The notes below the pieces were generated by a model that was given only the letters and a program-made list of their open reading frames with translations, was not told the origin of the DNA and did not search any database. A stretch of DNA of 64,000 nt from an uncultured virus (IMG/VR IMGVR_UViG_3300032328_000910) (taxonomy: Duplodnaviria > Heunggongvirae > Uroviricota > Caudoviricetes > Crassvirales). Numbering within the stretch: position 1 is the stretch's first letter; every line of letters starts with the position of its first letter. The DNA lies in the IMG/VR virus record IMGVR_UViG_3300032328_000910; one strand, written 5' to 3'. A program made the position numbers and the translations under genes. Shown in pieces: positions 10,400-22,400 of this stretch.

Positions 10400-10432
10400 A
10401 GTTCCCCTGTAATAAAGAACTACAAGGGAACT
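10400..10432 (-). terminator. intrinsic terminator after vRNAP gene
   Basis: Minus strand AGTTCCCTTGTA...TACAGGGGAACT followed by TTTT. Confidence 0.65.
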
Positions 10433-10439
10433 AAGTTAT

Positions 10440-13400
10440 TTAATTAGTACAATCAGCACCATTTTCATCAATTTGCTCGTTCTTGTGAGCTTCAAGCAGA
10501 GCGTCACGTTGTTCTAACGTTAAACCCGCTGTTCTAAACTTACCAATATTAACGCTTTCAATAGTTTTACTATATGAAACAACGTCATTATGTACAATTT
10601 TAATAAGCACACCATCTTTAGCAAATTTGTCTAAGTATGTATCAATAGAGCTACCTTTATCTGTTATAACATTCGCTCCATCTTTAATAACATTATACGT
10701 TTTAGCTAAAGTACCTGTTAATTTATTGTTAGGTGCAATTTCACCGACAGGTTTAGTAGAAGTAACGAGTACATTCTCTCCGACATCATATTTGTCTTTA
10801 TTTGAGTTTTTATCTAAGAATATAGATTTAAACTTTGTATCGCCAATATAAGAATCAGAAATCATATAAGCATTTGCAATTGCAGGACGAGTTTCTAACA
10901 ATCTTTTAAATTCAGGAACACCGATGTAATGACCGTTTTGGATAACGTGTTCAAACAAAGCAGGTTCGTGTAGCGCAAGATTATCAGTTATCGTTGTATT
11001 ATCAAGCTCGAACATATTTCTGTTACCCAATTTAGTAACTTCGTAGTATTTAACTGCACCATTCACTTCACCATATTTACGGTACAGTTTAGTTCCTGTT
11101 TTAACTCTAACATTAAAACCATTAACTTTCTGTACAGCGTAGGTTGGCACTGTAATATAAGGAGCTTTTTTGATATTAGCATCATCTTTTAGTAAAGATT
11201 TTGTCGTAACAGTAATAATACCATTATTAGCTACCCAAATAGGTGTGCCATTAGTATTAGAACGTGTTTTATCAGCCCATTTAGTCTGTACATAAGGAAC
11301 AATATTACTATTGCCAGCATTATTACGAATGAAATTATCCATAAAGTTAGGATAATGCTTAGCAAAGTAATCTCTATTTTGCATCTCGAATGCAGCTTTA
11401 TAAAGATGTTCACCGAGTCCAAGTTCTTTAAGTATAGATGTAGGTATTAGCTTACCATAACTATCTTTTTTCATTTCAAATGAAGCAGATACAAAGTTAT
11501 GATTAACTAAATCACGAGCTAAATCGGCAACAAATTCATCTTCGCTATTCCACATTTCAACAATACTATCAGTAAGCCTATCGTCTGTCAAATTGTCTGT
11601 CTTAGTATTGATAAACTCAACCATGTGAGTACCATTACGTTTGACAGTATCGACATCCATTTTCGGCACTAAGTAGTTCATGATGTGAGTATCGTCCGCT
11701 AATTGGTCTTTCATGCGCTGTTTCATTATCATAAGCTTATTAGCGAATGACAACTCTTTAAACGCATCAAAACTAATATCTGAATTGGTTTCAATTTCAG
11801 TAGTTACACCCATAATTCTACCTCTATCCAAGTACTTAAACGCAGGTAATTCTGACATTATAAGATGCTTAGCAAATGTAGATACAGATTTAACTACTTT
11901 CTCATTGTAACCTAATCCTGTAAATCGTTGCACATTGTCAAACAAGTCTTTAAATGCAGGGCTATGTTCAATAAACTCACCACCAAGAACATCGACACTT
12001 AAATCATTAGCAAATTGCTTGTATGTTTCAAGTATAGAATAAACTGATTTGTGAGTCATACCAGCGTAATCAGGATGAACAACCGAACCATTAACAGTTT
12101 GTTTAAAGAATTCAGGGTATATCGCAACAGTAGCCGGAATATCTTTACCGTCTATATTTACAAATACACGAGCACCTTCTCCGAACTTAACGTAGTCTGT
12201 ATCTTTGTATTTAAACTCTTGCTTTTCTGTCTTAGCTTTAGCTTTCGCTTCTGCCAATTCAGCTAAAGTATTATAGTCAGATACATTGAATAACTTAGCT
12301 GTATGATTACGTTTGTTTTTAATCGCAGTAGCAAGTTCGCTTTGTCTGTAATAGTAAGTAGCTTGCTCAATCTTACGATTAAGGCTCTCTGTTTTAGACA
12401 TACTAGGCCCAGCACCAATTTTATCAGTATTGAAAACATTAAGAACGTCGTTATAGGCTTCTCCAGCTTCTTTGTATGTCTTATATGCTTCCAATACTTT
12501 TAATTGTTGTTTAAGGTAAGCTATTAACTTAGCGTTATCGCGGTCTCCATTTTTAAACGTAGCATAATCTGAAAGACCATTGCGAAGTTCATCTATTGCA
12601 AATGCAGTAACAGCTCCACTCTCGATACCAAACAAATCTTTACTCATTTCAGCAGAGATAAAGAAGTTATCATCTCGAACTGCTTGCATAAAGTCTTTGT
12701 CATTTCCAATCTTATGTCCAGCTTTTACCATCTCTTTAATTAGAGCCTTTTGGTACTTTTTCTTAATGTCTTCAATTTCGGTAGTACTACCATCACTGAA
12801 TGCACCTTGATTTTCAAAGAACCTAATAGCTAAATCGTTAAGAATTGGCTGACGAATAAACATAGATGTATATTGAATGTCAATACCGGTATTAAGCATG
12901 GTAATATACGGATAAAAAGTATAAGTATTAACATTATCGGGAATACCTTCCTTAACAATATCAAGAATCATAGCTAACATTTGAGATGCGTGACGAGTAG
13001 TAGTTTTACCCGTAGCATTATCAAAAGAGCCATCTTGATTCCAACCAAGTTGGTTATGGTTAATTTCGATGTATTTAACACCATCTTTAGTTATTTCAGT
13101 ACCTTTACCATATTTACGCTCAAGTTCAGCACGTTGTTCAACCGGATAAAGAATTTTAAAACCTAAGTCTTCGCGAAGCTTCATTTTAGCCACTTGCGCA
13201 ATTGTAAGGAACGCATTACTATCAGCTGCCATACCTTTAAGTGCGCGACCTGCAATATTCTGCTTACGGAAATATAATTGCCCTTCAACAGACATTGCAT
13301 TAATGTCATCACTATCTTCACCGAGTAATGCAGCTACTTCAGCTTTAGCATTCTTACCATCTTCAAATGACTGTGGTGAAAGTGTATCTTTATAGTGAAG

Positions 13401-16400
13401 CGGGTTGCTAAGTATAGATGTCCAAATGTCAATAATACGATTGTCACGAGCTTTACGAGAATTATCTTGTAAAGATTTACTTTCGTCAAATTGTACTTTG
13501 CTATATGTACGTTTACCATCAACGTCATTGACTTCAAAGTGTGGAATTACACCAAACTTCTTATCAACGTCAAAGTCCGCACCAGTAGAAGTAACAATCT
13601 CACGAGGCATTACAATAGTACTACCCATAGATTGAGGTAAAAACCCAACTACTTTAGTATAAACCATACTATACTTCTCTTCAGAAGGAATACGATACCA
13701 AAGCATAGTACGAACTTCTTCAGGAATGTTATTAATATCGTCAAGCTTATATTCACCTGTAACTTCATCTTTGATGTAGAACTTCTCACTCCACGCAGGT
13801 AGTAATACTTCCGCAGCTACTACTTTACCATCAGGTGTAAGTTCAGTCATTTTAAGACTAAAATCATTAGCGTCAACTTTTTCTTTAAGCCAATTGATAT
13901 TGCCCATAGTGGCACTATCATAAGCGTCTAAGTCAATAACCGTAGGTTTAGCAGCTTGATTAAGCTTATTAGTAACGAATACTGAAGAAAGAAGTACGGC
14001 ACTACCGCCAGGTAACTTTTGATTTGTTACATTATTGGTAAATAGAGATGTAAGAATACTTTCCCATTTATTAGCCATGTGACTTACAAACATAGGAAGA
14101 GTAAATTCATTACCATCAATAGTATCAATAAGTTCAATCGCGTCAACATAGTTGTCACTAACTCCACGTCTTTCAATTTCACTAACTAAGACCTCTCTGA
14201 GTTTGTTTTTATCGGGAAATTTATAGCCCGCAGTTCCATCATTACGTGTAAATTTAACTGCTCCGATACGTTCAATAAGATTCGTAGCGTCTTCTTGAAT
14301 ATTAGCCGCCATCGTATCGAAATATATTTGAATAAGCTCACTTGTTTTGTAATCTTTACCGTTAACAGTGTAAATACCATCAGCAGGTAAGTTACTAATA
14401 ATAAGTTTAGCAATTTGAGTACCGAGAAGATTATCAGCGTCCATTAAGTGGTCAGGAACATCTAATTGCACACCCCAGTTTTTATTCTCAAACGTTTTAT
14501 GCGTAAACCCATTATCAACGTGGTAATTATTCAGAGCGTTATCATCTATTTTACCATCTTTATCAGTGATTCGCATTACGTGTGTAATACCAACCTTTTC
14601 AGCAGACTCAAAGAAAACTTCATCAAGCTTATTTTCATTCATCCACTTGTACAGTTTTTCAGCATCAGTTCCCTTAATTAATTGAGGGATAAGTGGGACA
14701 GAAGAATATTTCACTTGGTCAGCTACAAAACGACCTTGAAACTCACTATAAGTTCTACCGTAATAGAAACCTTTAATTGGCTGTAAAAATAGATTAAGGT
14801 CATTAACATCAAGAGTATCACCTTTGCGAACCTTTCTAAAAAGCTTTTCATAATTCTTACTCCAACGTCCTAATCCTTTAACTATCTTTTCATAACGGTC
14901 TATGCTAACGTAGCCTTGACCATCGCCAATATTGATACTATGGTATGCACTTACAATGTCATGAACTGCTTTTTCAAGTTCGTTCAAATCTTCGTCTGCA
15001 TCACGTTTGCTTACTTTAGCTACTCGCATTTCTAAACCTCGCAACTTAGGTTGTTCACGTTTAATTGCAACAGCTACGTTTTCAGCAATGCTACCGTAAA
15101 TATCAGATGCAAGTTCTACGTCTTTGATAGTAGCACCTGTAAACGTTTCACCCATAACTTCAAGTAATGGGCGTACAGATGGAGCAATAGCTTCAAACGC
15201 GCGCTTATTACTATCTTTAGCGTGTTTGTATTCTGCATGGTCACCAATAAAGAAATTAAACTGTTCTACATTTGAAATATGACTGTTAAGCATATATTCA
15301 GCTATAAATTCAGTAAAGTTATTGTAACGAGCATATTGCTCAGTTCCTTTAATAATCTCTTCAGCGTACAGTTCTTTACCCTTTTTGATACGGTTCTCTA
15401 CAAACTTGTGAATACCCGCAGTAATTTCAGTGTCAATAGCTAATTGAGTTTCAGGATTCACATTAAGTACAAATCCATTCTCAAACAGAGATTTAACTTT
15501 AATAGCAGGTATGTTATAAAACTTAAACACATTGCCAGTAGGTTTACCACCATTCATTAGAATTGGCATACCATTTTTATCAGTTTTTTGATAATGGTAA
15601 TTCTTTTCTAATTGATAGTAGTCAACATGAATATCGCTATCATAATCAGGTGAATTGTAAGCTTTATGTTCTTTAGGTATAAATGTACCATCGCCCATAT
15701 CAACATACATCAGTTTTTGCGCAGCTTTCATCTTATCAATCTCCGCATTAACCATATTCTTTAAAGCTTTAAATAAATCACTATTTTCAAGTAATTTACC
15801 GTCTTTAAATATAGCTCTAAAGCGAGGACTTGTAATGAACGGAATGTTAGCTTTATCAGCAGGCACTAAGAATGGTAAACGTATGGTATCAGGGTCACCT
15901 GTTTCAAGATACATAATAAGCTGCGTAGCCATCCATGTACTATCACTCATTTCAGTGTATTTTTCACCTTCCACTTCTGAAAGATTCTTTACACCGTCAA
16001 TTAGACCATAATTCCATTTAGTAACAAAATCCCAATTTATGTCTGCAATAGAATTAGGATATTTATTACCAAGTATAAGACCATTAGTACCATTTGTACC
16101 CATAAGCCAATTGCTACGAGTCATACCATCGCTCATATAAAACTGTTGCATCATTGCAAGTACACGCTCTTTAGCTTGGTCTTGACCAATGTAACGCATA
16201 TCGACAGCAGCCTTAAGTTCTTCAAATAAATTACTCATGAAGTGAGGATTAGTACTACTATATACATTGTTACCTTTAACGTCAAACGAGCTACTTTCAA
16301 TCTTATCGTATTGGAATAGATTTACAACTTGAGATATGTCATTAAGACGACTAAGAGATTGGAATTTATATTCAAGCTTCTCTTCAGCAGTTAGCTTGTT

Positions 16401-19400
16401 GTAAATTCCTATCTCCCTGTAAATAGAAGCCAATCCAGTTTTAAATATATCAGTCCAAACGTCTTTCTGACTACCAAAGCGTTGCCCAATAATAGGGTTA
16501 TTGATAACTTTAGTTAACTGTGTATTTGTAACTACAATGCCAAGATTATTAAGCAAATCAACTGTTTTATCAATTATATCCGCTTTGTTATTATTAAAAC
16601 GGTCTTGATAAGCAAGTTGTTCTAACTCTTTATAAATAGCACCCATTTGTTTTAAATACTCAACACTAAAGTTACCTTGCTCAATCTTAGCAAGGAAATT
16701 AGATTTCCATTCATTAGCAAGTAAGTAATGACTTGTATTTTTGTTACTAACATCAACCTTAATTGAAGTTTCTTGTCCATTATCAAGCAGTATCACATAC
16801 TTATCAGGACTTTGCTTATGAAATTGAGTGTACCAAGCTGCACGTAGATTTTGGTCATTCTCTAAACGCGCAACTATATGTATAATTGCAGGGTCATGGT
16901 TTGACATATTACGTAAGCGGTCAATCATTTCTTCAATAGTAGCAGCTCCAAGCATATTACGCTGAATATAAGGATAAACCTTATTAAAGTCAAGGAAAGT
17001 TTCAAGACCTAAGAAAGTATCAGTATCAGACACATATTCGCCTTCACTATTAATAGCAGTTTTAGGCGTAGTCATAATTACTTTTTTAATGTAATTACTG
17101 ATACTATCTTTACTTGACGTTCCAAATACAGCACCATCATCCCACTTCTTTTCAATCTCCTGCATTTCGAGATTGTCCAAATCTTCATCTTGTGTGATAC
17201 CAAATTGACGACTAACATTTTGTATAGTTTTAGGCATAAATTTATCTAAATCGAGTAATACACGATTGATATTTTTACGCTTATTAGCAGGAACAATTCT
17301 AAGATAACGTTGAAGCTCTGTTTTAATAAACTCTTTAGGAGTTCGCATTGCTTCTGTATTTTGAACAGCAGTATTATCTGCATAATCAACGTACATTTTA
17401 GTCAACAATCCGATTGTTTCGGCTTCTTCAGAACGAGTATAACCCTCGACTACTTTGAAACGTTTAATAGTCTTAGCATAAGCTACTGCTTTGCTATCAG
17501 GCGCGTATTTAAACGTACCACTATCAATAGAAGCAAATAATTTATCAATAGCCTTACTACCACCATAACTACGAGGTTTAAACCAATTTCTAACCCAATC
17601 CCAAAGTTTAGCAAATAAACCTTTAGCCGCGGGAACTACTTTATTAGTTTCACCTTTTTTCAGCATATAATCCATGAACTCATCTGCAATAGCTTCTTCA
17701 AGTTCTAATGCAGTCAAATTGCCATACTTCTCGCGAGCTTCGTCAAGTATTTTACTACGTTGAGCGTCATCAAGGTAAAGCCAAAATACAACGTGAAATG
17801 CTTCGTGATATTCAGTACCACGTACAGCTTGACGACTAATCTTAACCATAGCATCTTCAAATACACCCCAAGCTTGTACACCTTGACGAGTTAAAAGATT
17901 AGCAATGTTAGTATCAAGTGGTATATTGTCGCCAAATACACTTTTCCACCATGTTTCAGCAGCTTGTACGTCAATAGTATTAGCAGCTTTTGTATCAGGC
18001 TTAACAGCTTTTAAACGAGTTACACCTGTACCCAAGTCAATAATTTTAACTAACCATCCATTCGCAGTTTCAGATATTTCAACAGATTGGTTATCTGTCA
18101 ATTTATCAAACACTTCATCAGATGAAGCTAATTCTTCAGCGAGTGCTTTACTGTTAGTAAGAACTTTACCTTCTTTGAAAAGTGTATCAGCAATACTTTG
18201 AACTTCTGTAGCAGCAATATCTTTTGTTTCATCAACGGTAACTGATACGGCTTTAATCTTAGCTTCTAAATCTTTAATACGATTTTGAAGTTCAGTTATT
18301 TGACCGTCAGTGCTGTATTCAGCAATGAAATTATTTTTACCTTTTTTAAGAATATCAATAATAATATTACGAATATCTTGCAAATCCATGTTAGCTAATT
18401 CAGGTGAAGCTTGCATATCTTCAGCAAGTTTTTCAACTGTCTTACCTTTTTTATCTGTAAATGCAGTATTAACATCTTTGCCGACTTTACCGCCAGTTTC
18501 TTTTTTAGCAGACTCTGGAGTAACTTTAAAGCCTTTACTACCAAGTAACTTAGCTATGAAAACTTCAGCTACAAATTCAGGAGTATTAGCCTTAAGCGCT
18601 TCAAGCTTGTCAGTAAGTTCTGCAATTTCATTATACATCTTTTGAACATCATCAACGGCTTCGTCAGTTTTAACCTGTTCTGTAACTTGCTTTGCAGTTT
18701 GACCAATTACACTAAGTTGAGGGTCAATAGCGATAACTAAATTACTATTACGAGCTTTACTTGCCGACTTAGATGTAACCATTGGAATTGGATTACCAAA
18801 GCCGTCTTTAAGTATTTTACCATCTTTACCTTTAATTGGGTCAATATCAATTGTCAATTTACCAGTAGCTAAGAGATAACGAGCGTAGCTTTTATGCCCT
18901 TTATATTCACCTTTAGTTTGAAGGTTTTTAAAATTAACATTGAAACGCTTTTTAGCAAATGCGCGCTTAATCAAGTCTTCAAATATAGCAGGGTTATTCT
19001 CCATGCTCATACGAGAAACCTTACGTCCTTTTTTATTCGTAAGTTGTATAACTTGAGGCTTACCATCTGCATCTAATTGAGTAATTTCAAGGTTAGTAGC
19101 AACTTCAGTAGTCTTTTGAGATGTAAGATAAATATTAGCTGTAAAGCCATCTCCAAATGTAAACTCAATACGGTCACTAAAAACTTTAAGATAATCTTTT
19201 ACACCAGTCTTTTCAGTTTCAGCAACATACATAATATTATTAAGTTCTTTTTTAAGAGCCTTAATATCTTCATTAGCGAGTACGTTTTTAGGTTCTACTT
19301 TTTGAACGTCAATAAGATTACGAATCTTAGTTATGATTTCCATAACTTTATCGTAAGCTTCTTTAGCCGAAGCCTCATCTACACTAACAGTTTCAAGCTT

Positions 19401-22400
19401 AACAGGTATGTATGTACTGCGGTCGCCAATAATACTATTAGCGCCAGGTATAAGCATATAAGCATTACCCACATAATATACACCATCTTGATTAAAATAA
19501 TCAGTAGCGTCGGGATTACGTTCAAACTTATTACCTTCAGACGAAACGAGTTCAGTTGCAAGACCTGCATCAATTACTTTAGGAACAAAGAAAATTTCAT
19601 CAGCTTCAGGATATAAATCCGTAACATTACGTTGTTCTTTACCACTATTTAAATTACCACTTGTTTTGCGAGTGATAGTAGTAGTTACGCGTGCCATTGG
19701 ATTATTACCCCAAATATTAAATAGCTGTTGTTCTATTTGTTTAGTAGTAGCTATTTGTGATTTTAGAATAGCAATGTGAGAACTAAACGGTTTATCACCT
19801 TCATTCGTACCGTTAATTTCACGTAGCTTCCACGCAGCTAAGTTTTTATCACCTTTACTGTATTTTCTATCTTTAGATTCAATAACGGCAGTTAATTCAT
19901 CAGCCGTCATATTATCAAATAGCTCTGCAAATCCAAGCGTTTTTATTAGTCCAGCAGGGCTATTAATAAAACCAATTAAAGTACCTCCAAGTGTTTTAAG
20001 AGCGTAACCTCCAGCAGGAGTCGGTACGATTTCGATAGTAGAACCTTTACCCAACTGTGGATTAAGAACCGTAGATATAATTTTCTCTAAGTCTTTTTGT
20101 TCAACTTGAGGGTCATAGCCATACATTTCTTTAACCGCTTTATTATATGCACCCGCATCTACAACTCCATTAACTATACCTAAGTTTACAAAACTAAGAT
20201 AAATGTTGTTTTCTTGCATATTGTTACCGAGATTATTAGTCGAGGTTACTTCTTCAGTTGCAAGTAAAGTTTGCAGTTCCGCAGGTAAATTGATTTGATT
20301 ATCGGTAATGTATTTAACAACGTCACCTTTAGTAATCATACCATTCGGACCTGTACCTTTAATCTTACTAAAATCAATATCGTAATCTCTTGCAAGAACA
20401 CGAGCTGCTTCTGTAATACGAATCGGAGATGGCATCGGAGCGTTAACCGGTTCTGCATTTACAATAGCTTTAGCAAATAATTCATTTAGTTTAGCTAATG
20501 CGGGTTCAGCATGGAATAACTCCCGCAGCTTTGTTTCTACAGGGGTATTAACAAGATAATCAGCAGTCATTGGACTCGTAAGAAAATATGTAAGTATTTC
20601 TTCAGGATTACTTGAAGTAAGAATCGCATCAGCAATCTCATTCATAGTTTTACGGCCAAAATCACCACCTTTAGCAGCGTATAAATCACGTAAAGCATCT
20701 ATTACAGGTTTTAAAGCTTCGTTAAAATCTTTACGTTCTTCAGGTACACTTCCAGTTTTATCATTCCATACAGGAAAAGCATTATTAAGTACAAAATGTA
20801 CAAACTCATGTGCAAATGCAATTTCAACAAGAAAAGCTAAGTCTTGACCACTTTCTTCAAAAGCTGTAAGTGAAATTGTAATACTGTTCGTAGCAGGATT
20901 AAATTGAGCAATTGCACCGTTATACAAACGCTTATCAGTAATTTCAATTGTAGGACGAATCGGATTTAAACTATAAAACAAGTTGTCAATGTGAGTTGGA
21001 ACTACATATCCATACTTTCTTAGAAATTCTTGCATTACAGTGCGTACATTCGACGCTACACCTTCGTAGTTACCTAAAACTACAAAAACTTCTTTAAGTG
21101 AAGTTACAACGTCAGCATTATTAACAACTGGATTTACAATAACAGTAGATTCAGTAGAAGTAACTATTGTAGCATTCCCTGTAGAAATAGACTGCTCGAG
21201 AACTGAAAGTGCTATTTTACCTTTAACAACTTTACCATTACTATCAGTATAAGAAACTTCAGCCCAAGCTTTACCAAGTTGGTCAGTATACAAACTATTA
21301 ACAGTATAAACATTACCATCTTTAGAATAAGTAGTACCTACTACAACATTTGTAGATGTAGTAAATGTACCATCTGCAGTAGTGTTAGCTTTACCAGCTT
21401 TAGCAAGTTTAATATATTCACCTTTAATACGTTCTTTAGCAGCTTTATTTTCTGCAAATGTAGGACTATCAAATAACTTTTTAAGGTTATCTAATTTCTG
21501 TTTAACAGAAAGCTTTTTATCATTGACAATATTAGCAATCTTATCACTAAACTTATCAAATAACGCACGACGCTGTCCTTCAGAATTCTTTTTACCTCTA
21601 AAGACAGCGAATCCATCAATAACGTCATCGTCTTCAACAGTATTGACGTAATCATTATTAATATCATCTTCTGTAATCCAATTAGTTTCTGTACCAGTTT
21701 CTGTAGTTGGCGCAGTAGGTGTAACTTCAGTCGTAGGTGTAGGTTGAAGTAAAGAAGGTTCAGCTTGTATACGTTGTTGAACACTTTGACGAGCTTTCAT
21801 ATCGGCAAGTTTTTGTTCAGCATACTTACGATATTCTTCGTTCTTTTGGTTCTTAACCTCAATCTCAAGATTAGAAACAACTTGATTAATGTCAGGATTA
21901 GCGAGCAATTTATCAACGCTTACCTTATAATCACCAAATTGTTTTTCTTTAACCCTACGTTCTTCGGCAGCACGATTATTGTCAAAAGCTTTTTGTGCAG
22001 CTTCTCTACCAGTTGAATTATTTAATTCGTTAATACGTTCGTTATTATGCGAAATAGTAGCTTCATATCCAACCCATTCTTTGTGCAAATCAAGTAAGTC
22101 CTTATTTTTAAGGTCTATAATCTCAATTTTACCACCAGCATCATTGATAGATTTAGTAAGTTTTTCTTTCTTAGCTTTAGCTTTATCAATTTTGGATTGA
22201 ATTTCTTTCTTATCCATTTGAAACGTATCCGCGTGTTGAGCTACCAATTCCCAATCTTTGATATATTCATCAAGAGCCTGGATTTCAACTAAGTCACGTG
22301 CGTGAGGATTAGCATGATTTTTAATTTGGTCATCAGTTTCTTCCAATGCTTGCACACGAGATTTAACACTACCTACTGCATCAAGAACTTTTTCGTTCTC

